In this document: positions 1 to 9,199 of the stretch, piece after piece | Numbering within the stretch: the stretch's first letter is position 1 | How the letters are laid out: the number at the start of each line of letters is the position of its first letter | Origin: Ginkgo biloba | Taxonomy: Eukaryota > Plantae > Ginkgophyta | Reading direction: 5' to 3' | Length of the DNA: 16,333 nucleotides | Assembly: GCA_024626585.2 (NCBI GenBank) | Contig: JANKJI020000004.1 | Coordinates: 62,392,100-62,408,432 of the forward strand | Position numbers and translations under genes: made by a program | The notes under the pieces: model-generated | What the model was told of the DNA's origin: nothing | The model's input: only the letters and a program-made list of their open reading frames with translations | The model's database searches: none

Positions 1-1800
1 GAATCAGTTATGTAATTGCGTTATATTCACCATCCTCTTCCCAATGTGATAATGCATCTTCGACAACATTTAACTTTCCTTTTCTATAAACAATCTCGAA
101 GTCAAAGGCTTGGATTTTGTTTATCCATTTTTGTCGTTCGGGTGATAGTTCTTTTTGTTTTAAAATGTATTGAAGACTATTGTGGTTCGTCTTAACAATA
201 AATTTACTTCCTAGAAGGTATTGTCTCCATTTAGTTAGTTCATGAATGATTGCTAACATCTCTTTATTCTATGTTGATCTTATTGCCTCTTTTCCTTTCA
301 AAATTCTACTCTCAATTACGATAGGTCTACCTTCTTGTATAAGCATTGCTTCTATGCCTAAACCTGAAGCATCACATTCCAAAACGAAATATTGTGAGAA
401 GTTTGAGTTGCAAGCATTAGTAATGTTGTCATGAACTCAAATTGAGTTGACTTTTTTTTTCCCTACTTTTGTGTTCCACTTAGAGTCTAGTTTTAGAAAG
501 TTGGTTGGGGTGGTAGTTCAATGATAGCAATGACAAACAACATGATTCTCTTGTTAGTTATAAAAATCCTCATCCCTATATGATAATGCTAGGAGTTGAC
601 CAATTTAGAATTACTTGAGTCTTTGTTAGAACCACATCAACTCCATTGATTTTAAGTGGCTAAGATATTCTCTATCCACTTGCTCAAATTTACATTTTGA
701 TTTTTTTCAATAGTTGATTCTCATGTAATTTTTGTAAGTCCTTGACAAGCTTATTGTTGTCTTCTCGAACTGTAGATTAAAATGGAATTAGAAAACATGT
801 GGATGAACTTTTGTAGTAACTTGAAGTGTTGTTGGGCCATTAGTAAGCTTGAACAACCTAACCTTGAATATCAAATTTCTTGATGAGCTGGAAACAAAGT
901 CTTATGTAAATCTTTCGTTTGCAAATTTAACAATGTACTTGGACTTTGGTCATCTTTGTTAAATATTTGAGCCCCATGAAGCTCATCCAATGTTCATCAA
1001 TTCTTGGAATCAAATGTTTTGTATTGCATACTTATTCAATTCCCATGCATAAATGGAAGGGACTATTTTTCTTTGTTTAAGGTTCCTATTGCTACAAATG
1101 GTGTTCTCCTAACTCCAACAATTCTTGTTCTAAATTTCAATCTCATTGCATGGTGGTGCAAATATATTTGTAAGCTCTAGTAGTTATAGGTAAAGCGCCA
1201 CACGCACAAATTTTATGGTATCTTGCATTCCTTGATATGATGATAATTCTAAGAATTAGTCACAAAAGATATCTTCAACCTTGTACGCCAAGCTCTTCTC
1301 TAGTTCATTCTCCTTGAGTACCCACTAAGAGACAAGAACAATGTCAATGGCATTGTAGAGAAACTTGTGCATGGGGTGTAGTCCTTAGATCTAAGTGGTA
1401 AACTTTTACACATTCCTCCACAACTTACGCAGTTGGCATTAGTTGCCATGACTTGATTCTTTTTAGGGAATATCCCACCTTTTGTCTAGATACTCTAATA
1501 TGTTAATAAAATAAACTCTACTCCTTTTGATTTGACCTCTTATTTCTATGGTTTTTTATTGCATTGACCTTGTAATAAATGAAGTGAAAACCACAAGAGT
1601 CTCACCTTGATTATAGTAGAATCTTCTTCATGGATTCGCCTTCATGGTTTAGAGCTCACTTGTTGTTGGCAACTAACACTGAGGAAATTTGTTTCTTTCG
1701 GCATTGTGATTTGGATTCCACTTGTCTTGGCTATTAGGATCATGGGGTGTATTATAAGATTCACCTACATGGTTTGCAATTCCTTTGTTGTTGGCAATCA
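1..1800 (-). mobile_element. Degenerate Ty3/Gypsy LTR retrotransposon internal region (gag knuckle-PR-RT-RNase H), probably chromovirus-like; runs off the left edge
   Basis: Collinear minus-strand motifs in Gypsy order. Gag-like DKWNPNH at ~1705-1730. Protease KTIEIRGQIK at ~1530-1555, QVMATNANCVSCGGMC at ~1410-1455 and DIVLVS*W (DIVLGxQW) at ~1320-1345. RT HLIPRIDE/LDELHGAQIF at ~965-1015, LQKFIHMFSNSILIYS (decayed LRKFVLVFFDDILIYS) at ~770-815 and KCKFEQVDREYLSH at ~655-700. RNase H at 8-403. Many stops and frameshifts. Confidence 0.85.
8..403 (-). pseudogene. Ty3/Gypsy RNase H domain remnant
   Basis: The frame of ORF 8..259 extends upstream through one TAG (269-271): NFSQYFVLECDASGLGIEAMLIQEGRPIVIESRILKGKEAIRST*NKEMLAIIHELTKWRQYLLGSKFIVKTNHNSL...FDFEIVYRKGKLNVVEDALS. 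It carries the CDAS, KEMLA, TDHxSL-like and GKxNxxADALS-like motifs. Confidence 0.92.
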
Positions 1801-2290
1801 ATAATTTTGAGAAGATATGTTCTTTTGGAATTGATGATTTCCCTCCCATTTCTCTCTTTATGAATAATACAAACCCTTTCTTCTCAATTTGTTTGTCTAG
1901 ATGTTGACAAATTTTTACCTAGCAATACCTTCTTAGGATTAGTCTAGCTTGTAGGGATGAACAATCTAGGTATTGGGATCACAAATATGAATATCTAACT
2001 CAATAGATAGTGCTCCTAGCATTCAAATTGTGTTGTGTATCCCATATAAAAAAAGACTACATATTCAATAATGTAATCAAGGGGTCCATGTCTAGCATAT
2101 GTGTGCATAATCGTTTATAGGATGTTTGTTGCTCCAACAAACCACTACAACAAAATTGACACAAANNNNNNNNNNNNNNNNNNNNNNNNNNNNNNNNNNN
2201 NNNNNNNNNNNNNNNNNNNNNNNNNNNNNNNNNNNNNNNNNNNNNNNNNNNNNNNNNNNNNNNNNTAAGGAAAACTAATATCAACATGCA

Positions 2291-2477
2291 ACGCCCTCAC
2301 TCACCCACTTTTCCCTCCTCTCTTCCCCTTTTCTTATGTTGCTTGGAATTTAAGCAAGCTTAAATTCAAATGACATACTAATACATTATCTTTTGACACT
2401 TTTATAAATTGACATTATTTTAAGACCCTATGCAATATGAGGAGAGTGATGACCTTCATGATAACAATAACGCATAA
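2291..2477. repeat. Dispersed repeat block A; inverted copy at 12733-12919
   Basis: Aligns over ~187 bp to the reverse complement of 12733-12919, e.g. ttgcttggaatttaagcaag vs ttgcttgaaatttaagcaag and ttgacattattttaagaccctatgcaa vs ttgacattattttaacaccctatgcaa. Identity is roughly 80% by eye. Confidence 0.9.
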
Positions 2478-2896
2478 AATGATTATGATAGAGTATGTAG
2501 CCAACAATGCAATCATGCAAACTAGACAAAATTGCTAAAAGACAAGTTATATAGTTGTTAACATTGTTCTTAACTACATGTTGGAAGATGGGCAAATGTC
2601 CTACCTAAGAAAATCTATGCCAAGAGTAGGCTATGAAGATTGAACTTCGATAACACGATTAGTTTGTGTGGTAAAAGCCACAACAAAATAAAGTGAAGTG
2701 ATTAAGAACCGCCTTCAATCTTGTGAATAATAATCAAGAGAGAGTTCGATATGCCTAGAAACCTTTATAGTTTACTATAAAAAAAGTGAAATGTAGAGTG
2801 CAAGAAATGAGGAAAATCTAGGAAGTTGCTAGACAATCAAAGGGGAATGAACTTGAAGTGCGTGCCATAGGCTAATGAGAAGACCTAGGCACCTTT

Positions 2897-3082
2897 GAAG
2901 ATAAATTTATGGGATGAGATGAGGGAATTGAGGCCTCCAATTATATTGGCATTAGATGCCCTAGGTAGGCCTTGGATCCCATTAACTAGGTTGAGGTTGG
3001 CCTAGTAGGCCCACATTTACCCAAATTGTCAAATTGTAAGACTAATTTTGTTGACCTATATTGAATTTATTGATAACTTATG
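2897..3082. repeat. Dispersed repeat block B; direct copy at 12552-12738
   Basis: Exact shared cores ttagatgccctaggtaggc (2952-2970 = 12610-12628) and gttggcctagtaggc (2996-3010 = 12654-12668), with diverged but alignable flanks. Confidence 0.88.
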
Positions 3083-3156
3083 GACCTAGTTAGAATTTTG
3101 GTCATCTTAATAGGTCTCCATCATAGCCCAGGAAACCCTAGTTCTAAGCCCAATCA

Positions 3157-3238
3157 AAGGAAAGTCAAAGTTGGTCAAACGGACTTAGAAAACCCTGAAG
3201 GAAAGTCAAAGTTAGTTAAACAAGCTTAAAAAACCCTA
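3157..3238. repeat. Tandem duplication, 2 x 41 bp, containing telo-box-like AAACCCT
   Basis: aaggaaagtcaaagttggtcaaacggacttagaaaaccctg followed by aaggaaagtcaaagttagttaaacaagcttaaaaaacccta. Confidence 0.9.
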
Positions 3239-3365
3239 AGAGAATCTCTAGATGCATTAATGATGNNNNNNNNNNNNNNNNNNNNNNNNNNNNNNNNNNN
3301 NNNNNNNNNNNNNNNNNNNNNNNNNNNNNNNNNNNNNNNNNNNNNNNNNNNNNNNNNNNNNNNNN

Positions 3366-4362
3366 CTTTGGAGTCCCTAGTTAAGAACCCCCCTCCTTCT
3401 GAATCCTGAATTCTACCAATCTGTCCCTCAATCTCAAGAAGTTCTTGTTCATCCCTAATTTTTTTCTCATGAGCCCATTTGATGGTATCTTCTTTAATAT
3501 TCTTCAAATTAGCCTCAAATTGAACAACAGCATGTTGATTCAGATCTAGGTTAAAACTAACCCACATGTTATGCACCAATTCTTAGAAGGAATCATCTTT
3601 GAGCCAGGCATGATTGAATTTAAACAGGTTTCCTGATTTCCTTCATGTTCTCCTAATTTNNNNNNNNNNNNNNNNNNNNNNNNNNNNNNNNNNNNNNNNN
3701 NNNNNNNNTACCTACCCATTGACGAATGAGGTCAACTCTAGCCACCAAAGCTTCAAAAACCAGGAATCGATCCAATCTTTTGGTTATTCTGTCATCGCCT
3801 ATTCTTTTATTAGTCCATGTCATCTTTAGATTCATAGGCTCGACATCCAATAGCATATATCTGTCTAAAAATTACACAAAAAAATTGAGAGGGGATAAGA
3901 AAGGGCCCTCAGCCCCCAGACTTTTGTCGTCCCAAGGGACAAATTTATATCTCCACCTAAAATAATATTTCATGCATTGAAAAAATATTTCTGTAGTAAA
4001 ACCTCCCAAAAGGATACTCAATTATTGTAAGGACCATACATATTTAGAACCAGCAAGTCTTTACCCAGATCCTCTGAGAATAGTTCAATTTCAATATCAA
4101 AATTAATACTCCAGACATTAGTACACTTAATGGATCTTGTTTTCCATCCAGAGCCCAAACCCCCTGATCGTCCACAAACATTAACAGTTTTAAAACACCA
4201 ACCTGTAAAGAGATTATCCATAGTAGCTTTAATAACATCTCCAGGCCCTAGAGTTTCTTGAAGAAGTATGATATCCATTGAAATGGTTTCAACCATCCGT
4301 CGAAGTGACAATTTTTTGGAAGGGTTCACCAATCCTCTGCAGTTAAAAGAAAGGATCTTCAT
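3366..4362 (-). pseudogene. LINE ORF2 N-terminus: APE/EEP endonuclease plus linker
   Basis: MKILSFNCRGL, DIILLQET, GRSGGL, NMYGPY..*VSFW, NIILGGDIN (3943-3969), TWTNKR...KRLDRFLV, FKFNHAWL. Stops at 4018-4020 and 3970-3972, a frameshift near 3885, and an internal N-gap at 3660-3708. Confidence 0.93.
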
Positions 4363-6425
4363 AAAGCAACCCCTCTAGGGAATTTCGATGCTCTAAGTTC
4401 CCGATCAATAGGTTATTATTTTCTAGAAGGTACATCCAATTTGGATTTATCATGTGTGTGGGAAATGCGTGATTTTCTTCCCCTCCCTCTAGGCTTAGAA
4501 GTGTCCATAGGGGTAGTTCCTAATCCTCCTTTTGATTTGGGGTGGTCTTGTGAGGGAACTATACAGTTCCTGAGTGCATACCAAATTTTGAATTCATCAG
4601 TATTCCTAGAGGTACTGGAATCTATCGATACTCTGGGTGGGGAAAAAGATCTTTCTACCCAAGGCATGGAGCAGTTAACAGAGCAAGGCAGGGGACAGGA
4701 GGGAGAGTCAGCCTGGGTGGTGGTATAAATTGATGGTAATGTGACTCCTGAGATTATACATTCTGAAGCAATAGAATCCATAATATAAACATCTTCAGTG
4801 GAGGAAGATGAAAACATACCCGAGAATGTGGGTGCCCAATCAGAACTTGTCAAAGGAGAATCCACCATCTGAGCCACATTACTTGTCATAGGCATAAATC
4901 CTATAGGGATTGAAGTAGTAGGAGTGACTCACTCGATTCCTTCAGCTGAGACCTCGAGGATAGGAGCCACCAACTGCTCCTTCTATTACACTGTCTCTAC
5001 AAGGCCTTCTTTTAGCCCTAATGGGCTTGTCCTTTTCTTGACAGGTGCCGCCCGTTGACTCCCAATTTGCATGTGGCATTGAGCCACCAGGTGACCATAT
5101 ACGTGACAATGACGACACCAGAAAGGGATTCCTTTGTAATCTAGAATCTGAACAAAAGAGTTTTGACCACTTTTAATTTCTATCTCTTCTGCCAACCCTT
5201 TCTTCAGATCGAGGCTTACTAGAATCCGAGCCACAATCATAGCCCTTGTTTCCTCAAAAGACATATCAACATCAATAAAAACCCCCAACGCATTCCCTAT
5301 TGATTTGAATCTATGCCATAACCAGTATTCCATTGGGAGCCCTGGTAGCCTTACCCATACTGGTTCCAAATCCAACCATTCTCTCTTTGCATCGAACATG
5401 GGGGACCATCTCTTTATTACCAGGGGAGTAGCATCGATGCACCAGTGGGACTGAAGCACCCAATTTGTGTCTTCCTCTGAGTTTAGAAGAAATGCAAACC
5501 ATCCTTTTGCCAAAAGTCTCACTATTGGAGCATATAAAATCTTAGCTGCCCACTTTTCCTTTGCCCATTCTTTGAGAAAAGAAACATCGAATCTCCTCCC
5601 ACGAGCTTTGGCCAAGATGGTTCTCTCCAATAACTCCATAGCGTTTTCCATCAGCACGTCCTCTCCTAGAACCAGCTTTGCCTTGCATCCTCTTGACTTG
5701 ATGCACTTTGCCTTATTTTTGGCTCCCCCTTTCTTTGAAGAGGGGGGAGAAGCTGCTAGAGGAGGGGAGGTATTCCCAATCGACACCTCCAGTGAGCTTG
5801 TGATGGGGTTCCCTACAAACCATAAATTCACCTTTGGTTCGACAAAGTCTGAGAGTTGCAGAAGAGGCCCGATAAAACCCTCTCCCAAATGCGGCATGTC
5901 ACCTCCCAAGACATTTAGGAAAATATTTGGAGAAAAAGGGCCCTGGCTTGAAACGCCATTTCCTTCCTGGGCTACAAAACCCCAACCCTGCAAAATCAGG
6001 ATTTCCTGCAAAGCCTCTGAACCCTGGACTTGCAGGAAAGGTTCTTCTCCTCCCTGGAGATGTTGCAAACTTAGGCTGGGGTCCAAGCCTTCGGCTAGGG
6101 CCTGGGTCATCCATACTATCTTTGGGAAATTTCCTTCCTAACCCTCCGATAGAGTCTGTGGCATCGGATCAGGTATGCCGGGCCAAAAAACCTCAGGGAG
6201 ATTTGGAAGCGACCCAAGAATATCTTTCGAAGCTAGCGGGTCTGGTCTAGGGTGAGTGCCATCTAGAAGAAAATCTTCTTGCTGTAGCCTTTCACATGTT
6301 TCCCTGGTCTCCTTCTCATTGTCACCGTCTTCTTACTCCTTATTGCTTGTTGTATGGATGAACACCATTTTCCCCTCCCACGGATCGGGCAAGTAGTCTA
6401 CAAGGTTGTCCTCCCAGCATGACAT
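4359..6425 (-). pseudogene. LINE ORF1 (DUF4283/RRM-like domain + zf-CCHC_4 zinc knuckle), inactivated by in-frame stops
   Basis: ORFs 4986..6110 and 4416..4895 share one frame, which runs from ATG 6425 to TGA 4359-4361. Motifs: LAKGWFAFLL, PLVIKRWSP, PVWVRLPGLPMEYW, IGNALGVFI, ARILVSLDLKKGL, QILDYKGIPFWCRHCHVYGHLVAQC (CX2CX4HX4C). Seven internal stops and no frameshift. Confidence 0.92.
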
Positions 6426-6457
6426 TTTTCCTTCACTGTCCCAATCTAATGATGTAC

Positions 6458-6790
6458 TTATATGAAACTATCCACATTAATGATGTTGAGTGAGGTAACT
6501 CAATTATTGACATAAGTGCTAGCCACAACATCATGCCTTTGATCATAATGAAAAGGATTATACTTAAGTTAATTGGAACCCAACATAATAGCGTAAAAGG
6601 ATTTAAAAATCATGTATCACTCTACTGGGATAAATTAAGGGTGCTTATATCTATATCAAACATCCTAACCTTTATATTATACTTAGCTTTATTATCATTA
6701 ATGCACCCATTACTTATATAATCCTCTTGGGTGTACCTTGGATTATTAATTACAAGGTTAACATCAATAACTTTATTATTCCATATTTTA
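6458..6790 (+). pseudogene. Gypsy (Tat/Ogre-type) aspartic protease remnant
   Basis: From 6458: LYETIHINDVE*GNSIIDISASHNIMPLIIMKRI, a decayed LxDSGASxNIMP with the catalytic Asp codon at 6509-6511. After a frameshift at ~6625: LG*IKG...LSFIIINAPITYIILLGVPWI, matching FxVxDxPxxYxxLLGRPW. Confidence 0.75.
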
Positions 6791-6978
6791 GACTGATAGA
6801 GACCATCCATCAGGAATCCTACATACCTTATCCTTTTCCCCTCCTTAATGGTATTCATCAAGAGGACAATAATGATGCTTCTCCATTCATCTATTCTTGC
6901 CTAGGTACATTACACTCTCTTTGATAAATTAGAGAATAAATATACTACCTAGCTTTAGATCAAGAAACGAAAGAAAGT

Positions 6979-7360
6979 ATGTGAATAATGACTTTTCATG
7001 GTGCTAGGAATCAAAATGGTATCAAAATTATATTTATCCTTAGGAATGAACTTTTATTACTCTTTTGTTTTATTATCAAGCTCTAGTTACCTTCTACAAA
7101 CAACATGATCGAATGCATATCTTTTGATTGTAGGTCTAAATAAGGATTTCTAATTAAGGTTGTTTAATATCTAATTATTTTAAAGGGGAGTTCCTCTCTT
7201 TGGGATCTAATTCCCTATTGAACAAGTAATTTGTCATTTTTAATCAATTGTGGGAGGAGAAAATGGGGGCCCAAGAATGAAAAATCACCATCTTGATTTA
7301 GTGCAAAAGTACATACATGAAAATGTTTGACAATAAGCATTAGTTGATGCCAAAGCCCCC
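6979..7360 (+). pseudogene. Archaeal-type RNase HI (aRH) remnant of a Tat-clade Gypsy element
   Basis: Single frame from 6979: M*IMTFHGARNQNG...IKL*LPSTNNMIECIS, then LIVGL after a shift. This matches WxMxFDGA...LxFxxTNNxAEYEALxxGL, with 34 residues from F to T as I recall for the family. Weaker traces of IEQV (~7217-7228) and DNK..DAKA (~7330-7357). Confidence 0.7.
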
Positions 7361-8330
7361 TTTTCCTTCAATAATCAATGAGGGCAAGGGAACCCTTGAT
7401 TGGAAGATGGGGTGGGAATATCATAAAACCACGGGTCCCCCATTGTCCCATCCTAAAGAGCTTATTTGGGATTGACACAGTAATGAATATAAGAATATGG
7501 GATAAGGAATATAGATAAAGAACCTTGAAGTGAAGCAATGCTTATAGGGTCGGAGGCTCATTGAGGAAGGAAAAGGAAATTGAACGAAGAAATGGATATA
7601 GATCTCTAGTGGATCATCTTGGCCTTGAAGTGAAGCCATACTCATATAGCATTGGAGAAGTTATAATCAGGAATTAAAAGAGAAGTGACATGTAATGTTT
7701 TATCATGGGCTATAATGTTTCTCTTGAGCTCATTACCCTGCTATTCATTCTCTAGTGGCATCTTCATTTGTTCCTCTTATTATAGTTATCCTACCCACCT
7801 GTATACTTTCTTACAACTTTAACATGCCACAATCAATAGGTAATTTTGTTTTAGGGTTTAACTATAATTGAGTTCTTAGAATTTACAAATGCATGCATGT
7901 GTGTCCTTGCGGTGGTTTCTACTAGACCCATATTCTCCTAGAGTTCAAGGGAAAACATCCATCATCTTTTAATCTTTGTAGCGATGATATAGCCATTAAT
8001 CATGGTAGTAGTAACCACTCGATCACACCAATCTCATGCATCTTCAAAAATAGATATTTCACTCTAATCTAGAAGTCATAGTCATACTTATTAGTTAGAT
8101 TCTCTAGTCATGTAGTCAATATGCATACTATTAAGAGCCACTTATTTGGCACATTTGAAGATAAACTTATCAAATTATCTCTACGTGTTGTCCAAAAGAT
8201 CTCAAGGACAAAATCTTAACATTACCATATAAATGTACCTAGGGCAACACTTTTCGGAGGAAAAAGAAAAAAATAATTGCAAGCTTTCAAATAAATCACA
8301 TTTCCCATTTGTGCGAGCGTTTAAACTTAT

Positions 8331-8579
8331 GAATCATACAAGCATTATTGGTTAGGGTACTTTGGCAACCAATGTAATATGTACTCAAACATCCACAACA
8401 CCTAGTGCAAAAATGTTCACCTTACCCTTCTACTTGGAGTTGCTTGGGCCACTATTAAAGATCAGTGGTAGAAATAGTGGGCCAAGAAAGCAAGAACATT
8501 GTTTTTTTATCTTCTCCAAAACCTTAGAGAATGAAGCATACAAGCATTATTGGATGGTATATACTAGGTAATCAATGCA
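8331..8579. repeat. Short diverged direct repeat (~47 bp, copies at 8331-8377 and 8533-8579)
   Basis: gaatcatacaagcattattgg vs gaagcatacaagcattattgg (20/21), followed by similar ..ggcaaccaatg / ..ggtaatcaatg. Spacing is 202 bp and the second copy ends at a gap. Confidence 0.7.
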
Positions 8580-9199
8580 NNNNNNNNNNNNNNNNNNNNN
8601 NNNNNNNNNNNNNNNNNNNNNNNNNNNNNNNNNNNNNNNNNNNNNNNNNNNNNNNNNNNNNNNNNNNNNNNNNNNNNNNNNNNNNNNNNNNNNNNNNNNN
8701 NNNNNNNNNNNNNNNNNNNNNNNATTATTGTTCTTTGTCCTCTCCGAAATCTTAGAGGAAAAAGAGCACGCCTTTTTTGTGTAGGCTTTTTGTAAGCAAC
8801 ATTCACTCATGGTTATAGGATCATAGTTATAATTGTTATGGCACCTCATGCACTCATATGTTCAAGACTTGGAATCACACATTATCACAAAAGATATTTT
8901 TGAGCTTCAACATTTTAATCAAACTAAAGATGATGCATTCCAAGGATATNNNNNNNNNNNNNNNNNNNNNNNNNAAGTTACATACAAGAGGCTAGTTTCA
9001 AGTACATGCCTTGATACATCGATTGTCACACTCGACAATAGGTATGCCCTATTTACTTAACTATATGACTAGGACAATAATGTAATGTGATTCAAACAAA
9101 CACCATGCCAATTCATAACCTTTTGTTTTTTTTTATGGTTTGATGTTTAAACACTTATAGAAATCAAAGCAATAACATCTTTCATGGAGTCATGTATCT

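Larger units (their letters stand above)
3366..6446 (-). mobile_element. L1-clade LINE (non-LTR retrotransposon), 5' portion; RT and 3' end lost in or beyond the N-gap at 3266-3365
   Basis: ORF1 with plant LINE motifs is followed by an APE-type endonuclease ORF2. GC content is higher than in the flanks. Sequence switches abruptly to an unrelated Gypsy protease remnant at ~6447-6458. Confidence 0.93.

Noticed and set aside
3226-3265. Apparent C-terminus of ORF 3226..3579 as the end of LINE ORF2
   Set aside because: It lies across an unknown-size gap in a different repeat. ORF2 is simply cut off at 3366.
5467-6141. 224-aa plus-strand ORF antisense to LINE ORF1 (possible ORF0-like gene); also 4441..4728 and 5927..6250
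   Set aside because: It has a GTG start and no recognisable motif. 5467..6141 and 4441..4728 lie in the antisense frame sharing third codon positions with ORF1, which tends to stay open when Tyr codons are rare. They are best treated as shadow ORFs, and 5927..6250 is short and motif-less.
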